From contig NC_081390.1 of assembly GCF_030684315.1 (NCBI RefSeq), forward strand, positions 21,641,291-21,705,290: a DNA stretch of 64,000 nt, in the 5' to 3' direction. This stretch comes from Stegostoma tigrinum. Lineage: Eukaryota. The notes beneath the pieces are model-generated. The model had not been told where the DNA came from, did no database searches, and saw only the letters and a program-made list of their open reading frames with translations. How positions within the stretch are numbered: position 1 is the stretch's first letter; each line of letters begins with the position of its first letter. The position numbers were made by a program, and so were the translations under genes. Below, piece after piece: positions 13,640-27,254 of the stretch.

Positions 13640-15200
13640 GTGGTTAAGGAAATGTTAGCAATGAAGGAAGAGTGGACCAATGTGTTTGAGAGAGCAACCC
13701 CTGAGAAATGCTGACTGTGGAGGGGAGGGTGTGTTCAGTGTTCAATTTTTGATGGAGTTGGTGGAAGATGATCCATTCCATGTGGAGACTGCTGGAGTGA
13801 AAAATGAGGACAAGGGGACACGCCCTGTCTGTCATTGTTCTGGAGAAAGGGGAAGAGATGTAGGAAGAAGTGTAGGAAATGGGTTGATCATGGCTGAGGG
13901 CCTTGTCAACCAGGGTGGGGTTGGGGTTTTGGGGAAATTCCAATTGAGGAGAATGGATAACATCAGGCACTGTGGGTAAGAATGCACCATGGATGTGATG
14001 CTGATGGAGAATCTAGAAGACAGAATAGAATCCTTGCATGAAGCAAGCTTTCAGGAAATTTAGTCGAGATAAGTCAGTTGGTGGAAATTCATGGCCAACC
14101 TATTGGCAGAAATGGAAACCAAGAAGTAAGGCAAGGTAGGGAATAGTCAGAGGTGGGCCAGGCAAAGGTGAGAGAAAAATGAAAAAGGAAGCAAAATTGG
14201 TCAGTTTTACCATTTTCCTACGAGATCTGGGAACTGATGATATCATTGAACCGCCAGAGAAACAGTCATGGGAATGGGCTCAAGTAGTACCAGTACAAGG
14301 AATGTTTTACATATTCCACAAAGAGATGGACATAACTGAGACCCTTGTGGGTACCAGTTGCCACAGCTTTCTTTTAGAGAAAGTGAGATGAGTTAAAGGA
14401 GAAGTTGTTCAAAGTGAGAATGAGCTCATTTCATGACGGAGGGTGGTGTTGGCAAAGGAAACTGTTCAGGTCTCCCTTCAAGAAAGAAGCAGAGTGTCTT
14501 CAGCCCATCCCGATAGGGGGCAGACCTGTAAAACAATTGCATGTCCATGGTGGTGAGATGACTGAGGCCAATAAATTGGAAATTGTGGAACTGATGTAAA
14601 GTGTCAGAAGAATCATGAATATAAGTAAAAAGAGATTGAACAAGGGGAGAAAGAATAGAATCGAGATAGGAAGAAATAAGTTTTGGTCAGGGGCAGGCTG
14701 AAACAGTGGGTCTCCCAGGGCAGTCCTATTTGTGGATTTTGGGATGTAGGGGTTGGAGGAGTGTGAGGTGGGAAGCTGTGGACAGGAGATCACCAGAGGA
14801 CATAAGATCAGTGACATTCTTGGAAACAACAGCTTGATGTTCAACACTAAGGTTATAATCTGGGAAAGATAGGTGTCTGAGTTGGCTCTCAGCCTGTGCA
14901 AGGCAGATGTTGTTGTCTGGCATGCCAACATCACCCTTTTATAAGCAGGTTTGACAACAAAGGCGGAGTTAGACTGGAGAGAATAGAGTTCAGCAAGTTC
15001 AGACAGACAGGTTAGATTGGGTGAAGTGAGTATCGAAATAAAGGCGGCCAATGTGATGAATCTTGATGAAGAGATAAAGTGCAAGAGGACAGATGGAGGG
15101 AGTGGGTGCTTTATTTTTCTCTCCCAGATGCTGCCAGACCTGGTGAGGTTTTCCAGCAATTTCTATATTTGTTTGTGATTTACAGCAGTTCTTTTCGTTT
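13640..15200 (-). mobile_element. Decayed Penelope-like element (PLE) RT region with terminal repeat
   Basis: Frameshifted PLE RT motifs (LQSNSAFVVKPAYK ~ VIKPADKG; AQAESQL; YIPK/PKIHK; GRPIVS-like; GVAMGT-like at ~14340-14365); 15115-15200 is the same terminal sequence seen in the short fold-back repeats. Confidence 0.75.
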
Positions 15201-15344
15201 TTATTTTGGAGTTATAGTACTAATGATAGAACATTTCTAACTTCTGTGCACTTTAACTGGCACCTATCTAATGTATTAATTGCTTCTAAATAATTGGTGG
15301 TATTTTTCTTTTAAAGTCACACTCGCTCTTTCTGGTCTCCTCAG

Positions 15345-15451
15345 TTCACCTGCCTTAAGCCCAGGGCAACAGATCCTGCAGCTTTTGCAATCTCTGTCCT
15401 ACAGTGTGGAAGAACTACAGAAGGAAGGGGACAACCTCCCTCCAGAGGATG
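15345..15451 (+). CDS. ECD: ECD coding exon
   Basis: cctcag|T TCA CCT...GAT G|gtgagt; SPALSPGQQILQLLQSLSYSVEELQKEGDNLPPED. Confidence 0.93.
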
Positions 15452-16376
15452 GTGAGTATTATTGATTAACGGTGCCTAAGAAGCTCCATAGTACAGACCA
15501 CAGACTGAATCTAAAATCTAAGCTTTAATGAATTGCACAGGATTACAGTGAAACAACAATGTCAGGAGTTAAGACACAAGGTCAATGTTCAAGCCCCAGT
15601 GTTACTGATTCAGTCACAAGACTGATCCTCAGATCTGAGTTATGAGAAAGGGTTAGAAAAACCTGAAGGGGGCTTAATAGAGGTGTACAAAATAATGATA
15701 ATCAAATAAAAGGCAAATCTAAAACATTGGTTCAAATTACATCGCTGTTAGGACATGCACATCGGTTCTAAACTACTAAGACTGTTGTCGGAAGATTATT
15801 TCCACAGATTGATCAACGTGTGGTATTGGCTAGGGATATTTTAGTAAAGGCAGAAACCCTGGAATTTTTTTAAAAGCTGTAAGTTATGATAGGAGATAAC
15901 TCTGGATAGGTTAGAATGTGCAAAGCGGCCTTTTCTCAACTGCATACATTACTGTACATTCTTCGTGATCAGATCTTGTAAGGCAAGATGTTGGTGAATG
16001 AAATAAAAAGTTCGCAGCAGTGGTGCTGTTAATTTAAGGAATCTGATACAAAAGGAAAACGTTGTGGATGATGTAAATTTGAAATGAGTCAGTTTGTCCC
16101 ACCAAAGACCTGACTACTTCAGTAGCTAGTAACACGTTCACACACTTCCCCCATTTCAACCTGCTCAGTTCTTCTGTTAACACGTTTAGGATATAAATGC
16201 TAGCAAAATACCTGCAGCCAAGGGATTTGATATTGTTTCACCGTGATGGTTTTTTAACCTTTCCTGATATCAATGGCAAGATTTGCAGTGATGTTCCATG
16301 GAAGCACGTCCTGTCTGGGGGGGGGGGGCTCATTCATATCTGTTGTCTCGCCTTTTTGATTTCTTTACCTACCTAG

Positions 16377-16560
16377 ATGACGGCTGGTTGGATATTTCAC
16401 CTGAGGAGCTGGATCAGATGCTGGAGGAGGCTTCTGGAAGGAAACTGTTGAATTCTGCCAGACTGGAGGAGGGACTGGATTATGATCTCAATGACGTCAC
16501 AAAGACTATGAAGGCATTTGTCTCAAAAGTGTCCTCTCATGAAGGTGCAGAGATACCACG
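16377..16560 (+). CDS. ECD: ECD coding exon
   Basis: acctag|AT GAC GGC TGG...CCA CG|gtatgg; DGWLDISPEELDQMLEE...MKAFVSKVSSHEGAEIP. Confidence 0.95.
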
Positions 16561-17397
16561 GTATGGGACATAAGAATTACTTGTATACTCTTTAAAAACT
16601 CAAGCATGGATGCATGTTGAGCACATAACATGCATGAGAATCAAATTTCTAGAATTGACCCAGGGTAACCATGTAACATCATCAACCATTCAGACCATTC
16701 AGGAAGATTTGAAGTAAATGTTTAGCTCCTACGACATTTCTTCTTTCAGACTGCATTTTCTCACTGTCCTCAAAAGGCTAACCCTCTGATCTAGCAATGT
16801 GCCTATTCAGCGGACATTTATCAATTCCAGAAGTCCTTCCTCCACACCCTTTGCCAAACACCGCTTTGTTTGTGCTCTTGAACATGCATTGATTTCTCCC
16901 CATTCCACATCCTCCCTCCGAGGCCCTCTCCAAGTACTCAGCTTCCATTTCTTTATCCCTTCCAGGTAAAAATCTTGGTCCTCCAGTTTTGATTCCACAA
17001 CTTGCCCCAAGTTCTGTTAAATGTACTGTTTACCTATGAATTCAAAGTATTCTATGAAAATAAGAACAGAAATGAATGTAACATGGATCCTGAATTAATT
17101 ATCTCTACACTCATTCTAATTTTATAAAAGACACACTTGACCTCACTCTTCATATACAAAGTGTCAGGTAGTCAACCAGTAAATACTAAAGTGTTACGTG
17201 TCCACTGAGTAAAAGCTTCAGATGTCCAATCTTACTGAATTATAACTGAGTTTGTTGTAATGTTTATCAAAAGTGACTACTAAATCAAGATTATAGCTGA
17301 AGTCCATTAATAATGCATTATAAAATCGTTGTTATTGTGACTCCCTGTTTGTGATGAGGCCACACCATAATTTAAATTTTCTCAATCTCTCTATCAG

Positions 17398-17465
17398 ATC
17401 TTCGGCTACTGGCCAAGTTGAGTTTGACATGAACTCCTTCACAGGTGCTTTGGAAAGGATCCTAG
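17398..17465 (+). CDS. ECD: ECD coding exon
   Basis: tatcag|A TCT TCG...CTA G|gtagga; SSATGQVEFDMNSFTGALERIL, 68 nt, phases fit both neighbours. Confidence 0.88.
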
Positions 17466-17689
17466 GTAGGAGTCTGCCCTGTACAATATGGGGAGCATCA
17501 TTTTCACCTGAGACATTTGAGGCTACATCTGCATATTTGAGTGGTTTCATGTCTGAAATAAGAGACCGTTTAATCAAAACGGAATATTAACCTATCCTTT
17601 CACACTCCTGAAAGGCCTTGCTATTTCTCCTCTTTTTATATAGTCTTCCTTCCAACTGAGGTCCTCATGCTACTTTGTCAACCATGTTG

Positions 17690-18150
17690 GCAGTGGGCAC
17701 ATTTGTCTTGCAGTTCACTCACCTCTGAATCACAGCGTACCACATTCAAATCCCACTCCAGGACTTGAGGGAAAATGTCAAGACTGAAATTTCAGTGCAG
17801 TAAGAGTGCTGCTCTGACAGAGATGCTGTCTGTTCAAAGAGATGTTACGCTGTGTCTGCACATTCATGTGGGTGTGTGTTCTTTATATTAAAACAATCCC
17901 ATGGCATAATTTTGAAGGAGGATGGGATCCCTTGGCCACTTTTATCCCTCAAATCACAAGCCAAGTTATGTGGTTGCTATCACTTTGCTTTTTTGATGGC
18001 GGCAGGAGGGAACCATTTCAGTGTACTATTGGCTGTTGTATTTCCTACACCACAATAGTGACTGTGATTCCAAAAATAATAATCTTCCTGTGTGAAGCAT
18101 TTTGAGATATGCAATGGTTATGAAAAATGCCACATTAATACACATTGTTT
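17690..18150 (+). mobile_element. Deu-domain (SacSINE1/AmnSINE-like) SINE
   Basis: tRNA-like head (ttcaaatcccactcca), central atcccatggca...tttatccctcaa, tail tttcctacaccacaatagtgact...gtgaagcatttt. Confidence 0.65.
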
Positions 18151-18180
18151 TATTGGACTGTTCTCTGGTCTTGACTACAG

Positions 18181-18398
18181 GGGTAGAATCAGATGAGCTC
18201 GATTCAGATGATCTTGATGAGGAAGAAGATTATGATTTATTGCACTGTGACACAGAATCTGACACACAAGAGGGTAAATCAGAAGAGGATATGTCTGCCA
18301 CAGAGACACTTGAGAACATCCGAGACTACATGAAGCAAATGGATCAGGAGCTGGCAAGAACCCAAATTGGCAAAAGCTTTACTAAAATCACTGACAAG
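18181..18398 (+). CDS. ECD: ECD coding exon (acidic region)
   Basis: ctacag|GG GTA GAA...GAC AAG|gtatct; VESDELDSDDLDEEEDY...YMKQMDQELARTQIGKSF. Confidence 0.94.
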
Positions 18399-19641
18399 GT
18401 ATCTTGGCTGCAAAGTGGCCAATCCATTCATAGTTGAATTTTTGCAAAGGGGGAACAAGGTTCCTTTTGGCCTGCTGCCGACACTAGGCCAGTGCACTTG
18501 GCTCACTGTCATTTTAACAGTCTTAGCAGCCCAGCTGACTGACTTTCCAGGCATCAGGGTAGGTCCATTCTGTGTCCTTTTCTTGTTGCAAAGGGTGAAT
18601 TGAATCTCAGGCTGTACAGGTCGATAGATTGTTACAATTCCGTTATCCCCTGTGCTTCTTGGAAACCCATGGCATCCTTGTTCCCCACACCATTGCTCCA
18701 TTATTAGTCAATTCTCCAGAACTTTTGTCACCACCACCAACCCTGCCCCCATCTCCCCACCACAAGCCTTCTGACTTGTCACTTCAAACAATTTCTAAAT
18801 CTTCCTGATTTTGTATCAACTTTTCTTTAAAGCCAGCATTTCAATACCCCTCTGTCTTTCCTTTTTCTCTTCGACTGGTGACTTTCCCCATTAATGTACT
18901 GCAAGGTATCTTGGCCAGTTTGAGGAATGTATTAAAATATAGTATTAAATACACAGATTTCTCAATAATACTATGAGCTATCTGTTCATGAGCTAAGGTC
19001 AGTTTCTGGGCCACATGAATGCGGGGTTTCTCCACTCAGCTACCTTGCAATTACCAGCCATAAGGATAAATTCCTTTGTGTCGACTATTTGAAGTTCTGT
19101 GTTTCACACCCTTTCCATAACCAAATCCCCATTCTAAAGAGTAGGACCAATTCCAATTCCTGTTCATCACAAATGGTCTTTTTTTTTTAGCTTCAACCCA
19201 CATGTGGTCCAACCTCACCTTAGCTGACGCTCAATGCATGGAGTTAATGGCATCATCTCCAAAATAAAGGTCATTGACTCTGTCACCACTAAATTCTTCT
19301 TAAACCTGGCTTGCTATAACCTTTTTCCTGATTGAGCCCTTGTTCCTCCCATTTAGTCTTTTTACCGTCTCCATCTCTTCCACGAACATCTCCATTTGCA
19401 TGCTGCTGGTAACTGTAGAATAATTCTGACATCACTCTAGATAGTCCCTGTTGAGAGACCTTCGAATTTAATACTATGAGCTGTTAACCCCACGATACTG
19501 ATAAATCCTAAATGTTACCTCGGTTGTTTATTGAATTGATGCGACTTTTATTTTTAACCTAAATGGAGAGTGAATGCATAAACCCTAACAGCACAGAAAT
19601 TTCTTCTAGCCAGGATGATTCTAATTGGAATCTTACAGTAA

Positions 19642-19974
<333 letters not shown>

Positions 19975-20230
19975 AACCTCTGGTACCACTGCAATGATGC
20001 CATTTTAGACTCTGCTTTCTGATTCTTTATTGCTGCTACAGCACTACTGTTTCATAATGACTGGCAGGCAATTGCCGTTAAGGCTGACTGTGGCTGTAGA
20101 TTGCAATCAGCATTCACCAGTGAACTAGAAACCTCAAATTCTTTGAAAGGAAACTATGGACTAATGCTGCAATCTATGAGAATTTCTCTCCATATTTCAA
20201 AGTTTTGTAGAAACTATTTTTGTATTTGTA

Positions 20231-20236
20231 AATAAA
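20231..20236 (+). terminator. Candidate ECD polyadenylation signal AATAAA
   Basis: AATAAA about 260 nt after the ECD stop, preceded by U-rich TTTTTGTA. Confidence 0.5.
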
Positions 20237-20564
20237 TGCAATATCAGAACTTCTGAAATGATGACATGAAGAACAGAGCCATTTCATGAAACTCTCCAAC
20301 ATTGCACAGTAATTCAGAAAAAAATGACTTGCTGTAGAAGTCATCAATGTGTAAGTTGATTTGAGCAAGAATTCGAGTGCTGCAGTAGCCCTAAATAGCA
20401 ATGAGGTAAATAGGTGACCAATTTGGTTATCCTGGTTGAATGTAGATTTGGATTAAACTGAACAGATTTTGAATATACCATCTCCTTGAAAGAGTAGAAT
20501 CTTCAGTGTGCTCGCTATCTGAACATTACACTGAGATTCAGACTTCAATTTGAAGGTGATTATT

Positions 20565-21855
20565 TAGAACAATATAGTGCAGAACAGGCCCTTTGGCCCT
20601 CGATGTTGTGCCGACCCGTGAACTAGTCTAAGCACATCCCCCTACACTATCCCATCATCATCCATCTGCTTATCCAAGGACTGTTTATATGCCCCTAATG
20701 TGGCTGAGTTAACTACATCGGCAGGCAGGGCATTCCACGCCCTTACCACTCTCTGAGTAAAGAACCTGCCTCTGACATCTGTCTTAAATCTATCACCGCT
20801 CAGTTTGTACTATGCCCCCCTCATACAAGCTGAAGTCATCATCCTCGGAAAAAGACTCTCACTGTCCACCCTATCTAATCCTATGTCTCTATTAAATCCC
20901 CTGTTAGCCTCCTTCTCTCCAATGAGAACACACCCAAGTCCCTCAGCCTTTCTTCATAAGGCCTTCGCTCTCAACCAGGCAACATCCTGGTAAATCTCCT
21001 CTGCACCTTTTCCAATGTTTTCACATCCTTCCTGTAATGGGGCGACCAGAACTGCATGCAGTATTCCAAATGAGGCCGCACTACAGTTTTGTACAATTGC
21101 AGCATGACATCACGGCCCCGGAACTCAATCCCTCTACCAATAAAACCTAACACACCATATGCCACCTTAACAGCACTATCAACCTGGGTGGCAACTTTCA
21201 GGGATCTATGTACATGGACACCAAGATCCCTCTGCACATCCACACTACTAAGAATCTTTCCATTGACCCAGTATTCTGCCTTCCTATTATTCTTCCCAAA
21301 GTGACTCACCTCACATTTATCCACATTGAACTCCATTTGCCACCTTTCAGCCCAATTCTGCAGTTTACCAAGTCTCCCTGCAACCTGCAACATTCTTCCA
21401 CACTGTCCACCACTCCACCGACTTTAGTGACATCTGCAAACTTACTAACCCATCCACCTATGTCTGCGTCCATGTCATTTATAAAAATGACAAACAGCAG
21501 TGGTTCCAAAACAGATCCTTGAGGCACACCACTAGTAACTGGACTCCAGGCTGAATATTTTCCATCAACCACCACTCGTTGCCTTCTTACAGAAAGCCGT
21601 TTCTAATCCAAACTGCTAAATCTCCCTCAATCCTGTGCCTCTGCATTTTCTCCAATAGCCTACCATGTGGAACCTTATCAAAAGTTTTACTGACGTTCAT
21701 GTACACCATGTCAACTGCCCTTCCCTCATCCACATGCTTGGTCACCTGCTCCAAAAACTCAGTGAGGTTTGTGAGACACGACCTGCCCTTGGTGAACCCA
21801 CGTTGACTATCTCCAATCAAATTGTTGCTTGCTAGATGATTATAAATTCTATCTT
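20565..21855 (-). mobile_element. CR1-type LINE, RT domain plus 3' end
   Basis: ORFs 21587-21820, 21306-21575 and 20971-21393: [40 protein letters not shown]. Confidence 0.92.
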
Positions 21856-22063
21856 TACACTACAGTCAGGTATTGGCAGTCAGTTTGCTAAATAAACAGT
21901 GTGCTGGAGAAACTCGGCAGGTCTGGCAGCATCTGTGCAGAGAGAAACAGTTAACAATTTGAGTCTCGTATTGGGCTCAATGCTAACTGTTTCTGCTGCC
22001 AAACCTACTGTGTCTTTACAGCACATTTGATGCTGGAGATTTGAAATAAAAACACAGTATTTT

Positions 22064-22410
22064 GGGTGGCATGTTGGCACAGTGGGGATTAGCACTACTA
22101 CCTCAGAACACAAGGGACCCAGGTTCAACTCCAGCCTTGGGTGGCTATCAGTGTGGAATTTACATGCTGCCCCCGTGTCTGCATGGATTTCTGTCACGTT
22201 CCTCCAGCTTCCCCCCGCAATAGTTCAAAGATGTACAGGCTAAGTGGTCTGGCTGTGCTAAATTGTCCAGAGATGTGAATGCTAGTTGGATCAGCCGTGG
22301 GAAATGCAGGAGTATGGGGAGAGGGTGTTTAGGGTGAGTCAGGGTGGGCTGTTGTTTGGAGCATCAGCGCAGACTCTATGTTCTGAATGGCCTGTTTCTG
22401 TGACTCTATG
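22064..22410 (+). mobile_element. V-SINE (HE1-like) tRNA-derived SINE
   Basis: A/B boxes (ggcacagtgg; ggttcaactcc), V-domain tgtggaattt..ccccgtgtctgcatgg, CR1-like tail. Confidence 0.75.
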
Positions 22411-23384
22411 ATTTGTGCTTTTACATTATTACATATTGGGTCTGAGGTAAATGTATCACACGACACCTTTGCAGGTGAGTTACATTTTTATTCAGCAATT
22501 TACAGTTTGTGTAGTACGTCTGCAACATCACAATGCTGCTGAATTATTTCCCATAATTTCTCTGCATGTGCAGGTCTTGAGGACAATGTGGTAACAGATT
22601 ACTCAGAAAAAGGATTAAGGTGCAAAAACAGAAAATCTCAACGGGTCTGGCAGCATCTTCTTCTAAAGAAAGATCACTGGACTGAAACATTGACTCTGCT
22701 TTCTCTCCACAGATGCTGCTGGATCTGCTGAGTTTTTTACAGCAATCCCTGTTTTTATTTGTGACTTCCAGCATCACCAGTTGTTGTGTTTTTGTTTTTA
22801 TGAAAGGAGTTAAGCGGCTGATAAACCAAGACAGTGAAATACAGCACAAAAACAGACCCTTTGGGCCAACCAGTCCATGCCGACCCTAATCCCAAACTAA
22901 ACTCGTCCCACCTGCCTGCCCCTGGCCCATATCCCTCCAAATGTTTTCTATTCAGGTAGAGGTAAAAATGCAAGTATTTCCACTACATTTGGATTTATTT
23001 AAAAGCAAATAACATTTTCAACAATCGCTCTTTGCAACAATAAATGACAAAAACTTGCATTTAAGGTACAAAGGCTGAGTTCAGTACAGTTCTAAAGATA
23101 TTTACTTTATTAACTTTGTCCCTTTTCAAACTACCCTTTCAGTACTGAAGGGAAGATGCGACTATTTCTATGCACAAAGCTAAAATGGTGGGAGTTAATT
23201 TGGAAGATGTTTTTCTCTGATGGTTCATTTTTAATCCTATTCCTATTTAATTAAGACTTCCTGACCCAGAATGTCACAGGTTCAGGCTGATTTTAGTGCA
23301 AGTTTTGCGATCAGTCTTGGTACGTTTTAAGGAAAAATCTGGAAGATTTGCAAATGCAAATGTCAATGGCATATTGTGCCCAAG

Positions 23385-23780
23385 ACAACGGTGGCTCAGT
23401 GGCTAGCATTTGCCCCATCTGAAACAGAGGGTTGTGTTCAAGTCCCACTCCAGAAACCTGAGGGCAAAAATCTAGGGCTGTGACTTTAGTACAGTGCTGG
23501 GACAGTGCTGCAACATGCAGTCTCTCAACTGAGTCATTAAACTAATCCCCATCTCTCGGGTAAACAGGCAAGATCACCTCGCACTCTTGAAGAGCATTAG
23601 GGCTGTTCTGCATGGTTTTTTGGCCAAATGTATCCATTAATCAACATTTCACAAAGTGGAATATCTGGTCATTTATCGTGATTGTGGGAGGTTTGTGCAT
23701 AAACTTGCCTGGTTTCCTAAATACAACAAAATGTATCCCATTAGCTTGATCTTGTCAAAACTGCGATGTGAACGCAAGAC
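23385..23780 (+). mobile_element. Deu-domain SINE
   Basis: gtggctcagtgg...gttcaagtcccactccaga...tggccaaatgtatcc...atctggtcattt; same family as 17690-18150. Confidence 0.65.
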
Positions 23781-23957
23781 TTTAAGGCCATATGAGCAGC
23801 TTTACACCATTCAATAGTGAGGTTTGTACAGTGCATGGATAGTTGAACATGATACTGGAGAACTGTAGTCATGGAAATAGCAATATATCAACCTCCTTGG
23901 ATAAATCAAAAGGAAAATATTCCTGTGTTTTTTTTGTGTATATATAATGAGCAGTTT

Positions 23958-24472
23958 TCAGATTGTGTTGCACATCACTTCTTTCTTTCTTCCTGTATTC
24001 GGCTCCCACGCTTCTTTGTATATATAAATACTTACTCCACTGATACTGATGAGAAGGCTGGTGAGAAGTGGGAGTGAAAAAGTCCATTCTTGTGTGGAAA
24101 TGTTTCTTAGCATCAGTAGGTCTGTCTTTGCGACCTCAAAAATGTTCATCGTCAAGGCTGAACTCAGCAAGGTGCACAGAAGAACAAGAAAATTCAGCAA
24201 ACACCCAAACAGCAGCACCAAGGAGAAGAAGCCCAAAAAGATCAGACTGGACCAGCTGCCCGATGAGATGATCTGAGGAGTATCAGGATGGAGAAAGCAG
24301 TAAAGCAACAGCAGCGGACAGCTATTAATGCTACAAGTGTAGTAGACATCCACCACTGACTTCTTGTGGTCTTCACAGATTTCCTGGATCAATATGAGGT
24401 AAGTGCTCTTGAACACGAGGTTTAATACTCCATATGCATACACAAGAGCTTCATCATTGAAGTTCTGAGACC
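23958..24472 (-). CDS. SLC35D3-like transporter, coding exon 3 with stop
   Basis: tgcttag|GG TCT CAG AAC...TGA; YLILIQ...PLLLLYCF...W...LLFGCLLNFLVLLCTLLSSALTMNIFEVAK matches SLC35D 'YLVLIQ...GCAMNFTTLHCTYINSAVTT..VGVVK'; spliced CDS 174+295+515=984 nt, 327 aa, no internal stop. Confidence 0.87.
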
Positions 24473-26379
24473 CTAAGCAGGAACAAATTAGAACAATTCA
24501 CATTTAGAAAGCTGAATAAAGTAAATAGTTACTTTTCCTTTACCCTTTCACATTCCTCAAAACAAATCCATTTTTCAACCAAATTCTGAGTTGACAGTTG
24601 TCAGTGGCAGTGCGCATTTGGGTCATACTAAGAATGCAGTGAAGGCAAATGTAAAATGCTGAAAATTTTTAGGTAATTGGGTGACCCATAGTCTGTGAAC
24701 AGTACTGACATAACTAAGATTGAGCTTGATAAGAACTTAAGATTCTTGGTCATGCTACTAATTGTGACCTACTAATGTTGGGCAGCTGCCAACAAAGCTA
24801 ATTAAATGTTAACCAGAGCAATTCAAGCTGGAGGAAGTCGTGATCGAATTACGTAGTGCTGTGATATATCATCATCTTGAGAATGTGACTGGGACTGGAT
24901 ACATTCCTTTTGTGGAAAGGAGATGTAGAGAAGGGCCACCTTTGATCTCAACCGTCAGAGTAAATGGAGAAGCCAGGACTCTAGCTTTATGATGAGGTGA
25001 TCTTCCAATAAAGAACTCAACTTCTCAACCTCTCCCCTCACCTGAGGTACGGTGACTCTCAGGTTAAACCACCACCAGTCGTCTGTCTCTAACAAGTCAG
25101 TAACTTTATGGTCCTGTAGGACTATGGCACCCTCACCTCTATTTTACTGAAGGTTATATTTCTCAGGAAATTGGTGGATATATACACTTTATGTTGGTGT
25201 TGACAACAACTGAAAGAATATATAAGGTATGCAGGCAAAAACAGAACTGAGAAGGTGCTCCTTTTGCACAGAGTGATTGGTCCAGAAACATCAGGGGCAT
25301 GGGCTTTCGAATAAAAGACAACCCATAGACCAATAAATTGGATGCTGCAATGGGTAGTCTTGAGGGTGTGTTGGGTGCTCAATCTGGATGGCTGAACAAA
25401 GGCAAACCAATTAGCCTTCCTCATCCATAATTATGTTGTTATCAATAATTCTTGATATCCCACACAGCTGTATTTTTGACAATATCCTCTTATTGATCGA
25501 TTTTCCACATTTTTTGGGACGGAGAAGCTAGGCTACTGTGGAATACCCTCAGTGAGACAGGCTTCATTGTTACACATCTTGCTAAAAGAGGGTTCAGTAT
25601 CCTTTCAAATCACTGGCATGAGACAAAGGGAGGTTTGGTATTTGCCACAAAGGACAGAATATTATCCCTTTTATTGTCCTCAACTGGTCAAACAGACCAG
25701 TGGAATTTAACCCACATGGTTGATGATTAGCAATATTTTTTGGGTTACCATTATTAAAACTGGGAAGATGTAACTTTAGGTCCAAAGGCAATTTTAAGCA
25801 GATATTTAAAAAATTATAAATGCTGGTTGACATTTGTCAATTTGTTTACCAGTTCTTTTACAAACCTGATGAGAGAGATCATTGCTAAATTGTAACAGAC
25901 TTAAATGTTAATGTGTCTTCTCCCTTGCAATGTGCTCTTTATTTGCCAGTACTTTTTGTTCGAATTTCACTTTTTCACAATACTTAGAAAATGCCCTTTA
26001 AAGATTAAAGATACTCCATAGCATGAGTGATGAGTGATTAATCAATGAAAAGGCAAGTTCTAGCAGATGCTTGAGGGAGAGGAGTGTTGGTGTTATGGAA
26101 GGGCACTCCTGTATACAATGGCAGAAAGACCAAAACCTTATTACTGAAAATGGGATGGAATAAAAAGGGAACATAACTGACTCAAAAGCACAGACTGTAG
26201 AGTGTGGCTAGAAAATGATGTAGAGGTAGAATGTAAATTAGATGGTCATTTTTGAAATTACAGATTTGTATTTTTAGAAGTTTTATGTAGCAAAAGCTAA
26301 TTTGCAATGAATAACTTTGAAATACAGTGGTATACAAAGCTAGCTCATTTAGGATAGCTTATTCTTCAGTAAATCTTAC

Positions 26380-26674
26380 CTGCAAGAACTGAACACAAAG
26401 TGACCAGCAGCACCAAGAAAGTAGTGTTGGAGGATGTTCTTTTCTTCAAGTTGAATATTTCCATCAATGCCAAGGTGGCCAAGGGTGTAAACTGTCTGAT
26501 GAAATTGAAACCTATGGAGTTGGAGCTGGTCACAGCCCACAGGGTTAGAAGTGAATGAAAACTAAAACAAATAGAAGGAAGCAGGAAAGTCTCTCCACTC
26601 TCCAACGAGTAAGGCTGGATCTTTAACAGTCTGGCTTGGCTCAACAATTGCAACACCACAATGGTCAACAGAGC
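26380..26674 (-). CDS. SLC35D3-like transporter, coding exon 2
   Basis: tttgttag|GCT CTG TTG...CTT GCA G|gtaaga; ALLTIVVLQLLSQARLLKIQPYSL...HSLLTLWA...FIRQFTPLATL...LVTLCSVLA(G), similar to SLC35D3 'SSLTLWS...FKRCLPLVTM...LITTCGAALAG'; 295 nt, phase 0 to 1. Confidence 0.85.
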
Positions 26675-27254
26675 CTAACAAAACAAAGCACAATGAAACA
26701 GTACTGTGCCAAGGAACTTGTATTTACGTGCACAGAAAGTGTGAGAATTTTACATGCAATAGATTCCTTAAAAATGCAATGACTGTGAAGCACATTAAGT
26801 GGCTGTTTAATGCAGAGCAAGATCCGACAGATGACAATTAGATTAGTTGACGGCTTATCTTAGTGTTGTTTGAGGAAGGAAAATGGGACATGTCATTAGG
26901 ATGTTAGATTTTTTTTCTTGAACCTGTTTAGAGATGCTATTGTCCACCTCTTGAGCAGGTTGGACTTGTCGGCAGGCCTCTTGGCTCAGAGGTAGGGACA
27001 GTACCACTGCACCACAAGAATTCTGCACAAAGAGGCTAACTGCTGCTCAATTAATGTTTTTGACTTCCCATTAAAAGGCATTGAAGCATTGGTTTTCACT
27101 CTTCTCAGTTTAACTCCATACCGCACTGAACCAGTCACTCATTTTGTGAAGACTTAATTCTATAATGGAGGTCAAACCTCATTACTGCACCACTTAGGAA
27201 AATGTTTACTAAAGAACCACCATTCCTCTGAATCAAAATAGCATTCAAGTTTTT

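Noticed and set aside
22064-22150. tRNA-like A/B boxes as tRNA genes (also 23390, 37150)
   Set aside because: They are SINE heads continuing into V- or Deu-type bodies; no full cloverleaf
23958-23975. C-terminal CNTI as a CaaX prenylation motif
   Set aside because: Middle residues are not aliphatic and the family is not known to be prenylated
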